Below are positions 25,491-38,748 of a stretch of 64,000 bases of DNA, piece by piece (positions within the stretch are counted from its first letter, which is position 1; each line of letters opens with the position of its first letter). Under the pieces are notes generated by a model. It was not told the origin of the DNA, made no database searches, and saw nothing but the letters and a program-made list of their open reading frames with translations. A program made the position numbers and the translations under genes. The DNA is from Chiloscyllium plagiosum (lineage: Eukaryota). Location of the stretch: assembly GCF_004010195.1 (NCBI RefSeq), contig NC_057718.1, positions 15,120,809 to 15,184,808 of the forward strand. Direction: 5' to 3'.

Positions 25491-26640
25491 AAGTGCCTGT
25501 GACCGAGTGCCTGTGTCCCGAATGCCTGTGATCGAGAGCCTGTGACGGAGTGCCTGTGACAGATTGCCTGTGATGGAGTGCCTGTGATCAAGTGCCTGTG
25601 ACCGACTGCCTGTGTTTGAGTGCCTGTGACCCAGTGCCTGTGACTGAGTGCCTGTGATCGAGTGCGTTTAACTGCCTGCCTGTGATTGAGTGCCTGTGAT
25701 TGAGTGCCTGTGGACAAGTACCTGTGACCGAGTTCCTGTGACAGATTGCCTGTGATGGAGTGCCTGTGATCAAGTGCCTGTGACCGAGTGCCTGTGTTTG
25801 AGTGCCTGTGACCGAGTGCCTGTGACCGAGTACCTGTGATCGGGCGCCTGTGACTGCGTGCCTGAGATTGAATGCCTGTGATCGAGTCCCTGTGATCGAG
25901 TGTGTGTGACTGACTGCCTGTGACCCGAGTGCCTGTGACTGAGTGCCTGTGGCGAAGTGCCTGTGATTGAGTGCCTGTGACCCGAATGCCTGTGATCGAG
26001 AGCCTGTGACGGAGTGCCTGTGACTGAGAGCCTGTGAGGGAGTGCCTGTGACCGAGTGCCTGTGACCGAGTACCTGTGATCGGGTGCCTGTGACTGCGTG
26101 CCTGAGATTGCGTGCCTATGATCGAGTCCCTGTGATCGAGTGTGTGTGACTGACTGCCTGTGATTGTTTGCCTGTGATTGAGTGCCTGTGACCCGAGTGC
26201 CTGTGATTGAGTGCCTGTGACCGAGTGCCAGTGACCCGAGTGCCTGTGATTGAGTGCCTGTGACCGAGTGCGTGACTGCCTGCCTGTGATTGAGTGCCTG
26301 TGACCGAGTACCTGTGATTGGGTGCCTGTGACTGTGTGCCTGTGATTGAGTCCCCGCGATTGGGTGCCTGTGACCGAGTGCCTGTGATCGAGTGTGTGTG
26401 GCTGACTGCCAGTGATTGAGTGCCTGTGATCATGTGTCTGTGATTTAGTGTCTGTGTCTGGGTGCCTGTAATCTAGTGCCTGTGAAGTTTGCCTGTGTCC
26501 GATTGCCTGTGATTGAGTGCCTGTGTCCGAGTGCCTGAGATTAACTGCCTGTGTCTGGCTGTTTGTGACCAAGTGCCTGTGAATGAATGCCTGTGATGGA
26601 GTGACAGTGTCGGAGTGCCTGTGACCGAGTGGCTGTGACT
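25491..26640. repeat. 14-bp minisatellite, consensus about agtgcctgtgaycg, with higher-order duplications
   Basis: Roughly 80 tandem variants of gtgcctgtga+4 nt. Confidence 0.97.
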
Positions 26641-27354
26641 TTCTCCTAAATGTTCATTTTTGCCAGGTACGTGAGACTAGTTTAGTTTGGGAATATTGTC
26701 AGCATGGACTGGTTGGATCACAGAGTCATACAGCATGGAAACAGACCCTATGACTCTCTAAATCAGGATTGCAACATTTTTAACCAATGCCTGAAAGAAT
26801 GTTCCATTGTGACTAAGCAATGTCTCTTCAATACAATTTCCAAGTTTTTTGTGGAGACCATTTCTATTTCCTCAAACAAACAACGTTGCATTCAACCACA
26901 GTGAACAGTCAGGTCAATGTACTGACAAGATCATGCATTGCAAATTCTTACATTGCAATTTGATAACATTTTCACTCCTCCACTCTCACTGATTTGTATA
27001 AAAGGTTGTTAGAAGCTCATAGCATTCCAAAATCAAGACACACAGTCGTCCATGGCAATTTTGCCATTCTATAGCTGGAGTAAGTGGTGAACACTAGTGA
27101 ACTTCCAAAACATTCTCCACTAGACAAATACCTCAAAGACATAAACTTGCTTAATAAATAAACATATTTTTGCACTGTTAAGATCACATAGAGGGATAAT
27201 TAAGCACCAAAAAAATAAATCTTTTTAAGTAGTTAGAACAGCTCTGAAGGATCAGTGTTGACTGTCTAGCCTCAAGCAAGAGGTATAACCATCTGCAGAA
27301 ATCAACAGAGACAGTGGAACCTTAATCTCCTCAAAACCAACTCAATGCAAACAC

Positions 27355-27870
27355 AATTGCAAATGCTACAAAAACAGCAAGTACTGGAAATATTCAGCAT
27401 GTCAGGCAGTGTCTGGCTGGAGACAGAAACAAAATTAATGTTCCAAGTCAATAACCCTTCCAATCCCAATGTGCGCTTGTGGAAGAGCACCTCATCTTTC
27501 TACGCAGCTTTCTGAGTTCAACACTGAGTTCAACAATTTTAGATCATAACCTACACATCCATCATCTTTTTGGCTCACTTAGTTTTTCCTGAATTCTTTC
27601 AATATCCCTATATTTTGCATTTAGGCAGCTGTCATCTCATCTATGCACATCATTTTCTTTCTCTACTTTACCCATTATCACTCCTTTTGGCTTGCGCAAC
27701 ATGAAATACTTAGTCATTTAATCCTTCCTGCTTTAAACTTTCTTTTTGGTTCTTTCTGCCCCTTCCCCCACCTTTTCCACTGATGTCAAATATATTTCAT
27801 TGCCATCAACTTTCAGTTCTGCTGAAGGGACATTGACCTGAAAGGTTAACTCTTTCTATCCAAAGAGACT
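27355..27870 (+). mobile_element. Old PLE family-D 3' fragment with an inverted terminal repeat at its 5' end
   Basis: EEHLIF-like gaagagcacctcatcttt; degenerate hammerhead agtt-ctgctga-agggacattgacct-gaaaggtt-aact at ~27816-27852; reverse arm 27355-27462. Confidence 0.6.
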
Positions 27871-27929
27871 GTCCACGTTGAAAACTATTGCAAATGGGTG
27901 CAGAACCTAAGACCTTTGATGAAATAATA

Positions 27930-28141
27930 TAATGTTGCCACAGTCGCAAAGGACCACTCTCTCATTAGGGAAATGCAACCAGTGGTGGTTTAATTTGAGG
28001 GTCACCCTTCCTCAGACAAAAGGTGAAGTTCCAAAGGCCAGTCCTTTATGATGATCACAGCCAGTTTGGGAATTGAACCTGCGCTGTTGCTGTCATTCTG
28101 CAGCGCTAATCAGCCATCCAGCCAGCTGAGCTAACCGGCCC
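27930..28141 (-). mobile_element. tRNA-derived SINE; partial relative at ~34820-34905
   Basis: Reverse head ggccggttagctcagctgg (A-box) and ggttcaattccc (B-box). Confidence 0.65.
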
Positions 28142-28149
28142 TGTCTTGA

Positions 28150-28395
28150 AATATTCAAGACAAAGTCAGGAAATACTCCTTCGGATAAATTTGGAAGCCT
28201 CTTCCACAACAGCAGTTGATGCTGGATCAGTTCATTTGAAATCTGCAATAGGGACATTTCTGTTCATCGAAGGTATAAAAAGATACAAGGCAAAGATGGA
28301 TATGCAGAGTTAGGGCAGAGATCAGCCTTGATCTCGTTGAATGGACCAGAAAAGGTTTGTGGGGGTTAACTGGCCAACAATAGATCCTATGCTTT
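28150..28395 (+). mobile_element. Old CR1 3' fragment
   Basis: agatcagccttgatctcgttgaatgg and CR1-like 3'UTR layout. Confidence 0.6.
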
Positions 28396-31089
28396 TAACA
28401 AGAATAATAACGGAGAGACACGCAGAAGAGGGCAGTAGTGATGGAATTAAAATTGAAAACAACCAGTATAGTTTTGCAATGCGTGACTAAGAGCAGCCAA
28501 CTGTGCACATTGCTCATCTTCAGACGGATCTCCATCACATAATGTTCTATCTAAAAGACTCATCTGTTCATCAGTGACATGTTTGTGCAGATTTACACAT
28601 CAGGACTGCATTAAAACCAGTGATGCAGGCTCCTTACCTGTGCCTCATGATTGACACGATAACATCAACTTGAGATCTCAGCCATGATAGGTCGTAGGTC
28701 ACTCATAACACCAACACAAGATGCACATTACAAAACCTCAAGCTTGAACTTACAGCTTCCTCATGATATCTTAGAAATTCTCCAGAGAGTTTCTGTTTTT
28801 CTTTTTAAAGTACACACAAGTGCAGACTGGATGTCAATGCACACAATACATTCCTAAAACAGCTGGTTGACTGCCAACACAGAGAGTATATACCTATCCA
28901 ATAAAAATAATCTTGAAATCTGTGCTCCCGCACACTGTCCCACGAGGTGTTGGTTAATTCTTGGTGACACTAATCGATTTTTTCACCATTCTACCACAAT
29001 ATGAAGAATTCAACTTCCCACATCGCAGCCTTTCGCTATCTCATTTGCCAAAACTCCAAAGCTAAGTTAAATGAATGAGCAGAACCGAGTGTTTCGCATG
29101 TTGTCCTTTCTGAAAACATAACCTGAACAAATGATGGGTACCTCTTGTGCTCTCTCTCTCTTCATGTTTACACTGCCAGACTATCCACCCAAAGGTCAAG
29201 TCCCATCATGGCAAATTGTAAAAATTAATCATGATAAACTTCTGGAATAGTACCAGTATAAAATCAAACTATGAAAATTTCAAAATTTCAAAAATCAAAC
29301 TAACCCTAAGGAAAAGGGAATCTGCCACTTATTCCCAGTCTGGCCAACAGAAATTGTGTTGGCACAGCATTACACACATCCTAGGAGCAACAACTTGCAT
29401 TGATACAGTACCTGTCACAAAGACGGAAAGCCGTTCCAAGGCTTGTCACAGGAGAAGCAGAAAGCAAGTGAAAATAAATGCCAAGTCAAAGAAAGGGGTG
29501 TCAAAAGTCTCAGGCTGGGAAGGAGGGGAGGTGGAATTGATGGAATCCCAGATCCTAGACAACAAAATGCACAGATGCTAGCAGTAGCATAAAAATCCCA
29601 ATTTCAAGGATCAGAAATAGGGCTAACCAAAAACATTGTTAATATTCTCTTTAGTGGTATAAACCTGCATCACTTTTTGCCAATTGCCATTGTTTTTCTT
29701 CATTTGAAAGTGCACTGGAAATCAAGCCCCAGAATTGTCACAAGAGTGATTTTATTTTTAACCTAGGCATGCAAAGTACCCAATTTATCTAACTGTTGAC
29801 TCAGGTGAACAAAAAACACAGATCAGTTTTCTATACTTAACAAAAATTATTATTTATCATAAATAAACAGATTCTAACTAAAGGTAAACAACTATGAACT
29901 GTCAACATATACCCCTGCTAGTTAGAATTCTAACTCCTTTTAAATCAGGCCTGATACATCCAAAGAGACAAACACTGGTGTTATGAATGAAGGGGAAGCA
30001 AATATTAGGGAAATGGTTCAATGGTACCATCTTCAGAATTTGCTGGAGGGCTTCCTCTTGTTTCCCAATCCTTCAGTTGTCTGAGCTTTTCCTTCCAGTT
30101 CTATCATTTCTTCACAGAGCCTTGCCTTTTAAGGAGACTGACTGAAACCGCTCCATCTTACATGTTGTTCCAGAGGTACAACAATCATTTTCAAAGCTAA
30201 TTTAAGCAAAAGTAGGCTTACTTGTTAAAACTGTCACACATCTATTACATGTTGCCCAGGGGCTGAGGTATGTTTTACCTGACCTTTGTTTTTACAGCTG
30301 TGGTACTTCTTTACCCTAATAAAACTATTTATTTATCAAGAAAAAAATTCATAAACAGTGGCTCGCTCTGATGCAGTGATGCCAGACTCTTTGGCACTCA
30401 TCTTCCCCACCACCTTCCAAATCCTGCCATATTCAGGTGGCACAGTGCTGGCAGGTCTCAGGAATAAGTCAATCCCTAAACAGGTCTTCAATCCTGAAAC
30501 CTATTGCTCCCAGTACACGGGAAGGTCTCCGAGTAAAGAAAGGAATGGCACTGGGGCCTGTAGGTCTAAAAAGTGTTTTTCAAAATTGTCATCGTCATCA
30601 CATGTTAGATGCAAATTTCATGTTATTTATCTCAGAATCTAAAGAGAGTTGTGAATTCAAACAGTTTTTATAACTTAAAGCATCTCATAACTTGACATAA
30701 TATTCAACATATGCAATGTCTAAGCATAATATATAATTCCAATCTTTACAAACCAAACTACCCTTCACGTTATTTGAAATGCTACATCTCAATTTTAAGT
30801 TCTTCACATTTTAACATGTAGGACATTTTAACGATCTCCCTCCGAATTAATCACAGTCATACTTGAAGAAGGAAAAAGATTGCAAGGGATGTAGAAGGAA
30901 ACTGTGACAAATTGGATATCTCTGTCAAAGAGCTAACACAGGAATGACAGGCTGAATTGCTTCCTTCTGGATCACGTGTTTCCATTGACTCCAAGACAAA
31001 GCAGAAAGTTCCTGCAGGAAATTACTAATTGCAGCAGAATTCTACCACATGACCAAAGACATAATTCTGAATTTCAGGTGATTGAGGGG

Positions 31090-32098
31090 GGAGAGTCATC
31101 AAGTCATACAGCACAGAAGCAGTCTAACTCTACCATGCCAACCAAGGTTTCCAAATTAAACTAGTCTCACTTACCTGTATTTGGCCCATATCCCTCTAAA
31201 CCTTTCCTATTCATGTACCTAGTCAAATACCTTTTAAATGTTCTAACTGTACTTGAATCTGCCACTTCCTCTGACAGTTCATTCACATACAAACCACCCT
31301 ATTTGTTAAGAAGTTGTCCCTCATGTCCTTTTCAAATCTTTCTCCTCTCACCCTAAAATATGCCCCTTAGTTCTGAACTCCCCACCCTTGGGAAAAGACA
31401 TTTGTTATTCACTGTATCTATGCTCCTTATGATTTTATAAACCTTTTGTAAGGTCACTTCTCAATGTCTTACACCCCAGTAAAAAATAATCCCAGCCAAT
31501 CTAGCCTCTTATAACTCATGCTCTTCAGTCCCATAAACATTCTGGCAAATCTCTTTTGAACCCTCTCCAATTTGGAAAAGACATTTGTTATTCACTGTAT
31601 CTTTGCTCCTCATGATTTTATAAACCTTTGTAAGGTCACTTCTCAATGTCTTACGCCCCAGTAAAAAATAATCCCAGCCAATCTAGCCTCTTATAACTCA
31701 TGCTCTTCAGTCCCATAAACATTCTGGCAAATCTTTTTTGAACCCCCTCCAATTTAGTAATATCCTTCCTATAGTAGGGTGACGCCAGAACTGTACACAG
31801 TACTCCACAAGTGACCTCACCAACATCCTGCACAACGTCAAAATGACGTCCCAACTCAATGGGCTGAGCAATGAAGGCAAGCATGCCATTGTGTAAACCA
31901 CAGTCTACCTGTGACACAACTTTCAAAGAACTATGTACTTGAATCCCTGGGTCTCTCTGTTTGACAACGCTACCCAGGATCCCATCATTGACAGTGTAAG
32001 ATCTGCCCTTGTTTGTTTTACTAAAATGCAACACCTCACATTTATCCAAATTAAATTCCATCTGCCACTCCTCAGCCCATTGGCTCAATTGATCAAGA
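31090..32098 (-). mobile_element. CR1 RT-to-3' fragment with an internal 183-bp tandem duplication
   Basis: WAEEWQMEFNLDKCEVLHF, EYCVQFW; 31391-31573 repeated at 31574-31755. Confidence 0.88.
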
Positions 32099-33221
32099 TG
32101 GCGGTTGGTTCAAGGAGAAAATTACACCAATTTAAGGTTTTGGGTAAGAGCCACAGCAGGGATGAAAGGAAGAACATTTTTATACAGTGAGTGGTAATGC
32201 CATGGAACTTATTGCCCAGAACAATGGTTATAGCAGAGATTCAATTTCTTAAGGAAATTAGACAGGCACTTGACGGCAATGAAATGTCAGGATGATGGGT
32301 ATAGAGCATGGGTGTAGGACGAATTGGACTGCTGACAGGGGATGGCATGGACTTGATGGGTTGATTAAACTTGTTTCTGTGTGATAATAACTCTATGGCT
32401 CTCATTTACAAGCAATTTGGAAATTTCTCATCTGCACCACTTCTAATGCGCCTGATACACATCCTGTTCCCGATCCAGGTGGTCCACAGATCCCAGCTGG
32501 AAAATCACTGCTTCACAGCAAGTGGTCAAATGATTTCAGGTTATAGGAACATCCAACTATCTGATGTGAAAGCATTTTTAAAAAGCTCTCATCAAAACAA
32601 ATCATTTTTTGCTGAAATCTGAATCAATACCTCCAGCATGATGCTGACAGAAAGAACATCTGCTTTCCTGGGATCCTGCCAAATTCTTTTTTTTCCCCAA
32701 AATTAGCCAAACAGGTTACCCTGTTGCAAAAATAAATAAAGGTTCAGGCTTGTCGACACTTGCTTCGCACAGGAGAGCACAGACATCAATACAACACACT
32801 AAACTCGCAACAAATTGTGCTCCTGTTCCTCCTCAATCCACGCCTGCGGGTCTCTCTCTCTCAGTGTTGTCTCCATATTCCTGATGGAATTATAATTGTC
32901 CTAAAGGTATAACCACAGCATCAGGATCCATAAAACCCATGATGTACAGTCTAGTTCACATAATCCAAAACAGAGCTAAATGACTGAGTGGATAAGGCTA
33001 ATTAAGTCAACAATCGGATCAAATTAACTCAAAATCAATCCCCAACACTTCAAATGGCAATTAGTGTATAGCCATTAGAATGAACTGAGAAGTGTAACTG
33101 CATTTTCCTTCTACCTCTCTCCAGATCCACCATGTTTAAAAAAAATAATTCAACATGCTGCGGGTAACAATGGACTAGAAAATCACATGGGAATACTATG
33201 GCTCTAAGATCAGGTCAGCGG

Positions 33222-33775
33222 CTGGGAAATCTGCAGAGATTGACTAACCTCCTGACTCCCAATTTCCTAATCAAAGCAGGTCCACCATCTACAAGGCACA
33301 AGTCAGGAGTGTGATGGAATACTCCCTACTTTCCTGAATGAGTGCAGCCCCAACAAAACTCAAGAAGCTTGACACCATCCAGGACAATGCAGCCCACTTG
33401 AGTGGCACCACATTTACAACCAGTCACTCCCTCCACCACTGACGCTCAGTAGCAGTGCGTTGTATTTATCTACAGATGTACTGGAGAAATACACCAAGGG
33501 TCCTTAGACAGCATCTTCCAAAACCATGATCACCACCATCTAGAAGGACAGGGCAGGAAAACACCAAGAGAACACCACTACCAACAAGTTCCCTTCCAAG
33601 GCACACACCACTTCAAAAGTACATAGCTATTCCTTGACTTTCACTTGGTCAAAATCCTGGAATTTTCTCCCTAACAGCAGCGTAGGTGTCCATATAACAT
33701 ATGGCTCAAGCAGTTCAAAACTGCAGTTCACCACCACTTTCATGGACAACTAGGCATAGGCCATTAATGCAATAA
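33222..33775 (+). mobile_element. Divergent CR1/L2-group LINE 3' part; other pieces at ~34100-34560 (-), 59830-60010, 60190-60470 and 61290-61560 (+)
   Basis: TIYKAQVRSVMEYS...LKKLDTIQDNAA translation, typical of an RT C-terminus. Confidence 0.75.
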
Positions 33776-35902
33776 ATTAATCCCTCCTTCTGCATTTGTT
33801 TGTCCTCTTCCCCCTTAAATTCACCCATATCGTTTGAATCAATCACTCCTTGTAGTAATGAGTTAAACATTCTTACCCTTCTCTGAACAAAAATACTTTT
33901 CCTCAATTTCCTTTTGGATTTCTAAGTGAGGATCTTGTGTTGATAACCTCTGGTCGTGCTCTTCCCCATAAGAGAAGACAATCTTGCAGGAGCCAATGTC
34001 CCAAAACCTTTCAGAATTTTAGTGATATTGATTCGGTCATGCCTTAGCTTCCTTTATTCAAGGGACAAGGGACCCAATCTGTCCATCTTTTCCTGATACA
34101 TCGTCATGGTATGACTGAACCACTCCTGGAGATGGACAGCGAAGCCCCCCCACCTGAGTACATTTTGCACCTTTGCCACCCTCAGTTTCCTCAAAGTGGT
34201 GCTCAACATGGATGAGGAAAAAATGATCAGCTGAGTGAGGGCTGTATATGGTAGTCAGGAGGTTTTCTTGTTCAGATCTGACCTAATGCCCTGAGACTTT
34301 ATGGGTCCCATGATCAATGTTGAGAGCGCCCACTGAGATCTCCCTTCCACCTGTACACAATTGAGCCACCATCAAATCTGCTGGGTCCATGCTGTAGGGA
34401 GAACAGAATAAACCCACGGATGGCAATGATGTTGTCTGGGACAGTGGGGGTTAGGTATGATCCTGAGTATAACCATGTCAGGCTGTTGCCTTACCAGTCT
34501 TTGCAGTAGCTCTTCCAATGTTGGTGAGGACAAATCTACAGGATCAACAGAGCTGAGTTTGCATTTGTCATTAACAAGGTTAGTGCCAGGTGGCCTATTC
34601 AATTTGATACCTTTTTTGAGACCTTTTAATGTTTTGCTACAATTGAGCGGCTTGCTAGGCCATTTCATAGATCAGTTAAGACTCAATAACATTAATGTGG
34701 GTCTGGAGTCACATGTAGGCCAGACCAGGGAAAGACAGCAGACTTCCTTCCCAAAAGTACATTAGTGAACCAGGTGGGATGCCCTGACAATTGGCAATGG
34801 TTTCATGCTTTATACACGGTAAAATCGCCACAGTCCTGCTGGACCATAGGACTTCTCTCTTCTTAGATCGCAATCCAGCCTTCCAGCCAACTGACCGAAC
34901 TGACTAAGGTGCTGTTGAAGGAGTTGCTTTGGTGAGTTATTGCACTTCATCTTTCAGTTGGTACAGTGGCCACACGATAAACATTCCCCGTCTCTTGAAT
35001 GATGGCGTAAGGACTGTCAATTATCAACATTGCTATGTTCTGAATGGTGTCAATGATGTCACATGATCAATGAAACACAAAACGGGTTTGTGATTAGGAA
35101 GGTGCTGTTCTACCCTCTGCACTGAGGGGTCAGCCCGCCTTCTCGTCAGATGACCTCACAGTTAATGCAACAAACTGTTGTGGGAACCACTTTGAATACC
35201 ATAAGATGAGATGCTGTGGAAAATTCTTCTGGGCCAGGTACTGTATTCAAGCTGAGGATGAATATATATACCCTTCACTTTTCACCCTCTAATATTTAAT
35301 CCAACGAAGTCTGCAGAGAATTCCTCCTCACATTTAGTAATTGAGTCCAATCCCACAACTTTAAAATTTGAGCTCAGCTATTCAGGGTCAAGGTCACCAA
35401 GTAATCCCTCACAAACTGTCAGTGCAACTTTTCACCCCCAAAAAAATAACCATCGGCAGGGAGTCAAGTAAAACTTCAAAACTGCGAGTGATGCATCTTT
35501 GTGAGGCAAGAGTATTGAGAAATACACAAGATCAATGGAGTTAGTATTACACATGGTCCAATGGAACTATAGAATGAGCTCAAGGTACAAAATGACACTC
35601 TTTTACCTTTGAGCCATGATACCTCTCCATTCGGTGTACACTTCACAAGGACAGAAGTGATCAAGGCATGAGGGGGTTTAGGTGATTTAGCTCTTCTTAA
35701 AAATGAAATGCAGGACCAATCACAAACTAGACAGAGGGATCTTCTTTTCTTTATGAGCAAGCTATGTCATAGCTTTACCATTTTAAATTTTTTTTTATCA
35801 AAGTATACAACTAAGTTTACGTATGAAGGTTTTGGGTCTCTGAACATCACCCAGATATTTAGATTTTTAGCTGCATCCGGAAACAATATCCTGCTCATAG
35901 TT

Positions 35903-36256
35903 AGGGCAGCACAGTGGCTCAGTGGTTAGCAGTGCTGCCTCATAGCACCAAGGACCTGGGCTGACAACCACCCTTGGGTAACTGTCTGTGTGGAGTTTGC
36001 ACATCCTCCCTGTGTCTGTGTGGGCTTCCACTGGGTGCTCTGGTTTCCTCCCATAGTCCAAAGATATGCAGGTTAAGGTGGATTGGCCATGCCAAATTGT
36101 CCATAGTGTTCAGGGATTTGCAGGCTATGTGGGTTAGCCATGGGCAATGCAAGGATACAGGGATAGGGTAGGGGTTGGGTCAGAATGCTCTTCGGAGGGT
36201 CAGTGTGCACTTGATGGGCCGAATGGCCTGTTTCCACCCAGTAAGGATTCTATGAT
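35903..36256 (+). mobile_element. HE1-type V-SINE, full length
   Basis: gggcagcacagtggctcagtggttagc head, V-domain, tail gggccgaatggcctgtttcc...ggattctatga. Confidence 0.92.
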
Positions 36257-36323
36257 AACATCTCAGCATTGAACTCTCTTCAGCTATGCAAACTTGGGAG
36301 ACCACTTAAACTGACCAGGTCCT

Positions 36324-36410
36324 AGGGCTTATGCCTGAAACGTTGACTCTCCTGCTCCTCAAATGCTGTTTGATTTGCTGTGCTTTTCCAGCACCACTCT
36401 TTTTGACTCA
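36324..36410 (+). mobile_element. Partial PLE family-A repeat
   Basis: agggcttatgcctgaaacgttgactctcctgctcctc...cttttccagcacc. Confidence 0.8.
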
Positions 36411-36664
36411 GGTTCTGGTATGTTTTGGCAAATGGAAATTATGCTTCTATTCACACACAACCCAGAAAATGGGAATGTGGGCCATCAATGACCGCAGGAC
36501 AACTTTCAAGAACCAACTGAGAAGGGGAATGTATACCAAGCACTGCGACAAACAAAAGCAATTCAACTCATTTCTCAAACCGATTAGACAATGAACTGTT
36601 TTTAAAAACAATGCAATACCTTACAGTGCATCATGAATTTTGAATGGACAGGTTTAAGCAATTC

Positions 36665-37031
36665 AGTCCTGAATGAGGGCTTTTGTCCGAAACATTGATT
36701 TTCCTGCTCCTCGGATGCTGCCTGACCTGCTGTGCTTTTCCAGCACCACTCTAATCTTGACTCTAATCTCCCAACACTTTAACTCCCCCTCCCACTCCAC
36801 CAAGGACATGCAGGTCCTTGGACTCCTCCATCGCCAGACCATAGCAACACGACGGCTGGAGTAAGAGCGCCTCATCTTCTGCCTGGGAACCCTCCAACCA
36901 CAAGGGATGAACTCAGATTTCTCCAGTTTCCTCATTCTTTTCCAGCAACACATTTTCAGCTCTGATCTCCAGCATCTGCAGCCCTCACTTTCTCCTCTAA
37001 TCTCCAGCACCTGCAGTACCCACGTTCGCCA
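36665..37031 (+). mobile_element. PLE family-A repeat with a second family-A fragment nested in it
   Basis: Insert 36772-36994 (QHFNSPSHSTKDMQVLGL plus repeat 3' end) flanked by ctctaatctcc at 36761-36771 and 36995-37005. Confidence 0.85.
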
Positions 37032-38412
37032 GGTTAAAGCAACTGCACTCCTCATAGCCCTTCCATTGGCTTGGGTTATAACTCAATATACACACATTCA
37101 TATCCTTGTGTCATTGTGATTCATTGGCCAAACACATGCCATGTACATATGGCAGTACAGAAGTTTCACTTTTGCTTTAATCCACACAAAGCTCTTTGCA
37201 CTGGTGTTGACAGTATCCATTGTTCCCATGCAGACTGTATTTATTAAATATTTGAATAGCAGGACTTACTTTTCAAACATCTACCACTTCCTTTATCAAA
37301 AAGGGGATCTGATTTCATCCAAAGTCATGTCTGGGTTTTAATTTATTTCCTTCAGAAATCAGCACAGAAGTATTACATTTCAGCCATTTGATGTGCAAAT
37401 TAGTTAACAGCACCAGTGACAACCTGGTTAAGTCAGTTTAACAGGGCACAGCAAACTCTCATCACAGTGATGAAAAGGATTGACCATACCTTTTTCAACT
37501 ATGCAGTTTGCTTCTGAAATTTCAATCATTCTCTATGGACCAAAAGAATGTCAAGATTCTCATATGATGCGACAACTGTTTCTGTAATATTCAAAGGTGG
37601 TGGCATAGAAACTAAACAAACATGTCAAATCAAATGGAAGAAGACTAATGTATTGCTAAAAGAGAGATTATCAGAAAACTTGCAGAGATTTTTTTACAGA
37701 CTTCCTAAAGTCACTTTAAACACTCCTTTACTATCACAGATTTGTAAAACAGAAGTGAATAAATGGTCATGGTGGAAAAAGCAAAATTACGCAGTTTCAG
37801 ATCGGAAACAACCCCCAGATGAGCTGTGATATATTGCAACCCAAGTGTCAGGAGGCACATCTGGTCATAATGGATTTGACAGCAGAAACAGCTGGATCAT
37901 GTCGATTGAAAACCCAGATGCACTGACATTCATCCTTCCCCTTTGATGAGAATTTATACATGTACAAACACACACACTGCCCACCCCCCAAACTGTTCCT
38001 AAAGAATAGTCTGCAGACAAAATAACTTTTTGTTCTCTTCTTGGGCAGACCTGGCTTGCTGCAAGTCACAAACAAAATCCCTAGAACACATGCCATATTT
38101 CAGTCAGTACACAGTCTTCAAGAAGAGAAACAGAAACAGCCCATGTGGTCGGCATTTTTACTTCCAAAGAACCCCTTTGTCTGTGCCATCAATGTAATCT
38201 TCTCCTTCTTGCCCCCTCACATACTGAACAAGGTTTCCCTAAATTCATCCATGTTGTTTATCTCAGTGACTCCTTATGGACACTAATTACCAACCGCTTT
38301 GTCCACCCAAGATTTGTTCTTCACTTCTCAGACACTTCTTTTTGTTGGACCACACCCTTTAGATGCCTATATTATTTCTCCTGAAATGATGCTTCCAGTT
38401 TGCAAACACATC

Positions 38413-38748
38413 ACGTGAATCATAACGTAAGAAGAAACATTGGGAACACTGAATCTACCAGAGATATCCCAGATGGTTCTGGTGAACATGGTAACAACAT
38501 AGACCTTACCGGTAGCAGAAGTATCTGAAAATGTGCCAGTATTTGAATGGCTCCAGTTTCTCATGACTGTTCATGTCCAATTATGATTCTGGGGACAGAA
38601 GCCTCTTCTCAGGCCCTGAATACTGGCACATTTTCAGAGACTTCTGCTACCGGTAAAGTCAATGTTGTTATCATGTTCACCAAAACCATCTGTGATGGCT
38701 CAGGTAAATTCAGTATTCCCAATCTTTCTTATTATATTGTGATTCTCG
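38413..38748. repeat. Imperfect palindrome with ~130-bp arms and ~70-bp spacer (MITE-like or conserved-hairpin-like)
   Basis: accggtagcagaagtatctgaaaatgtgccagtatt pairs with aatactggcacattttcagagacttctgctaccggt; pairing extends outward. Confidence 0.9.

Noticed and set aside
24911..26572. 553-aa ORF with HRHS/TGTQSQ repeats
   Set aside because: It is a translation of the 14-bp satellite plus the N gap; no evidence of coding.
25491..26640. CRISPR-like array
   Set aside because: Units are contiguous with no unique spacers, there are no cas genes, and the context is vertebrate.
27930..28141. tRNA genes here and at the other A/B-box heads
   Set aside because: No cloverleaf; each head runs into a SINE body.
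28630..28800. Possible minus-strand host exon ending at a CAG/GTAAG donor (~28638)
   Set aside because: No clear acceptor and no recognisable peptide; needs RNA-seq or homology.
29735..30355. LTR-like tracts, also ~39010-39310 and 60510-61150
   Set aside because: Only a compositional impression; no paired ends or TSDs.
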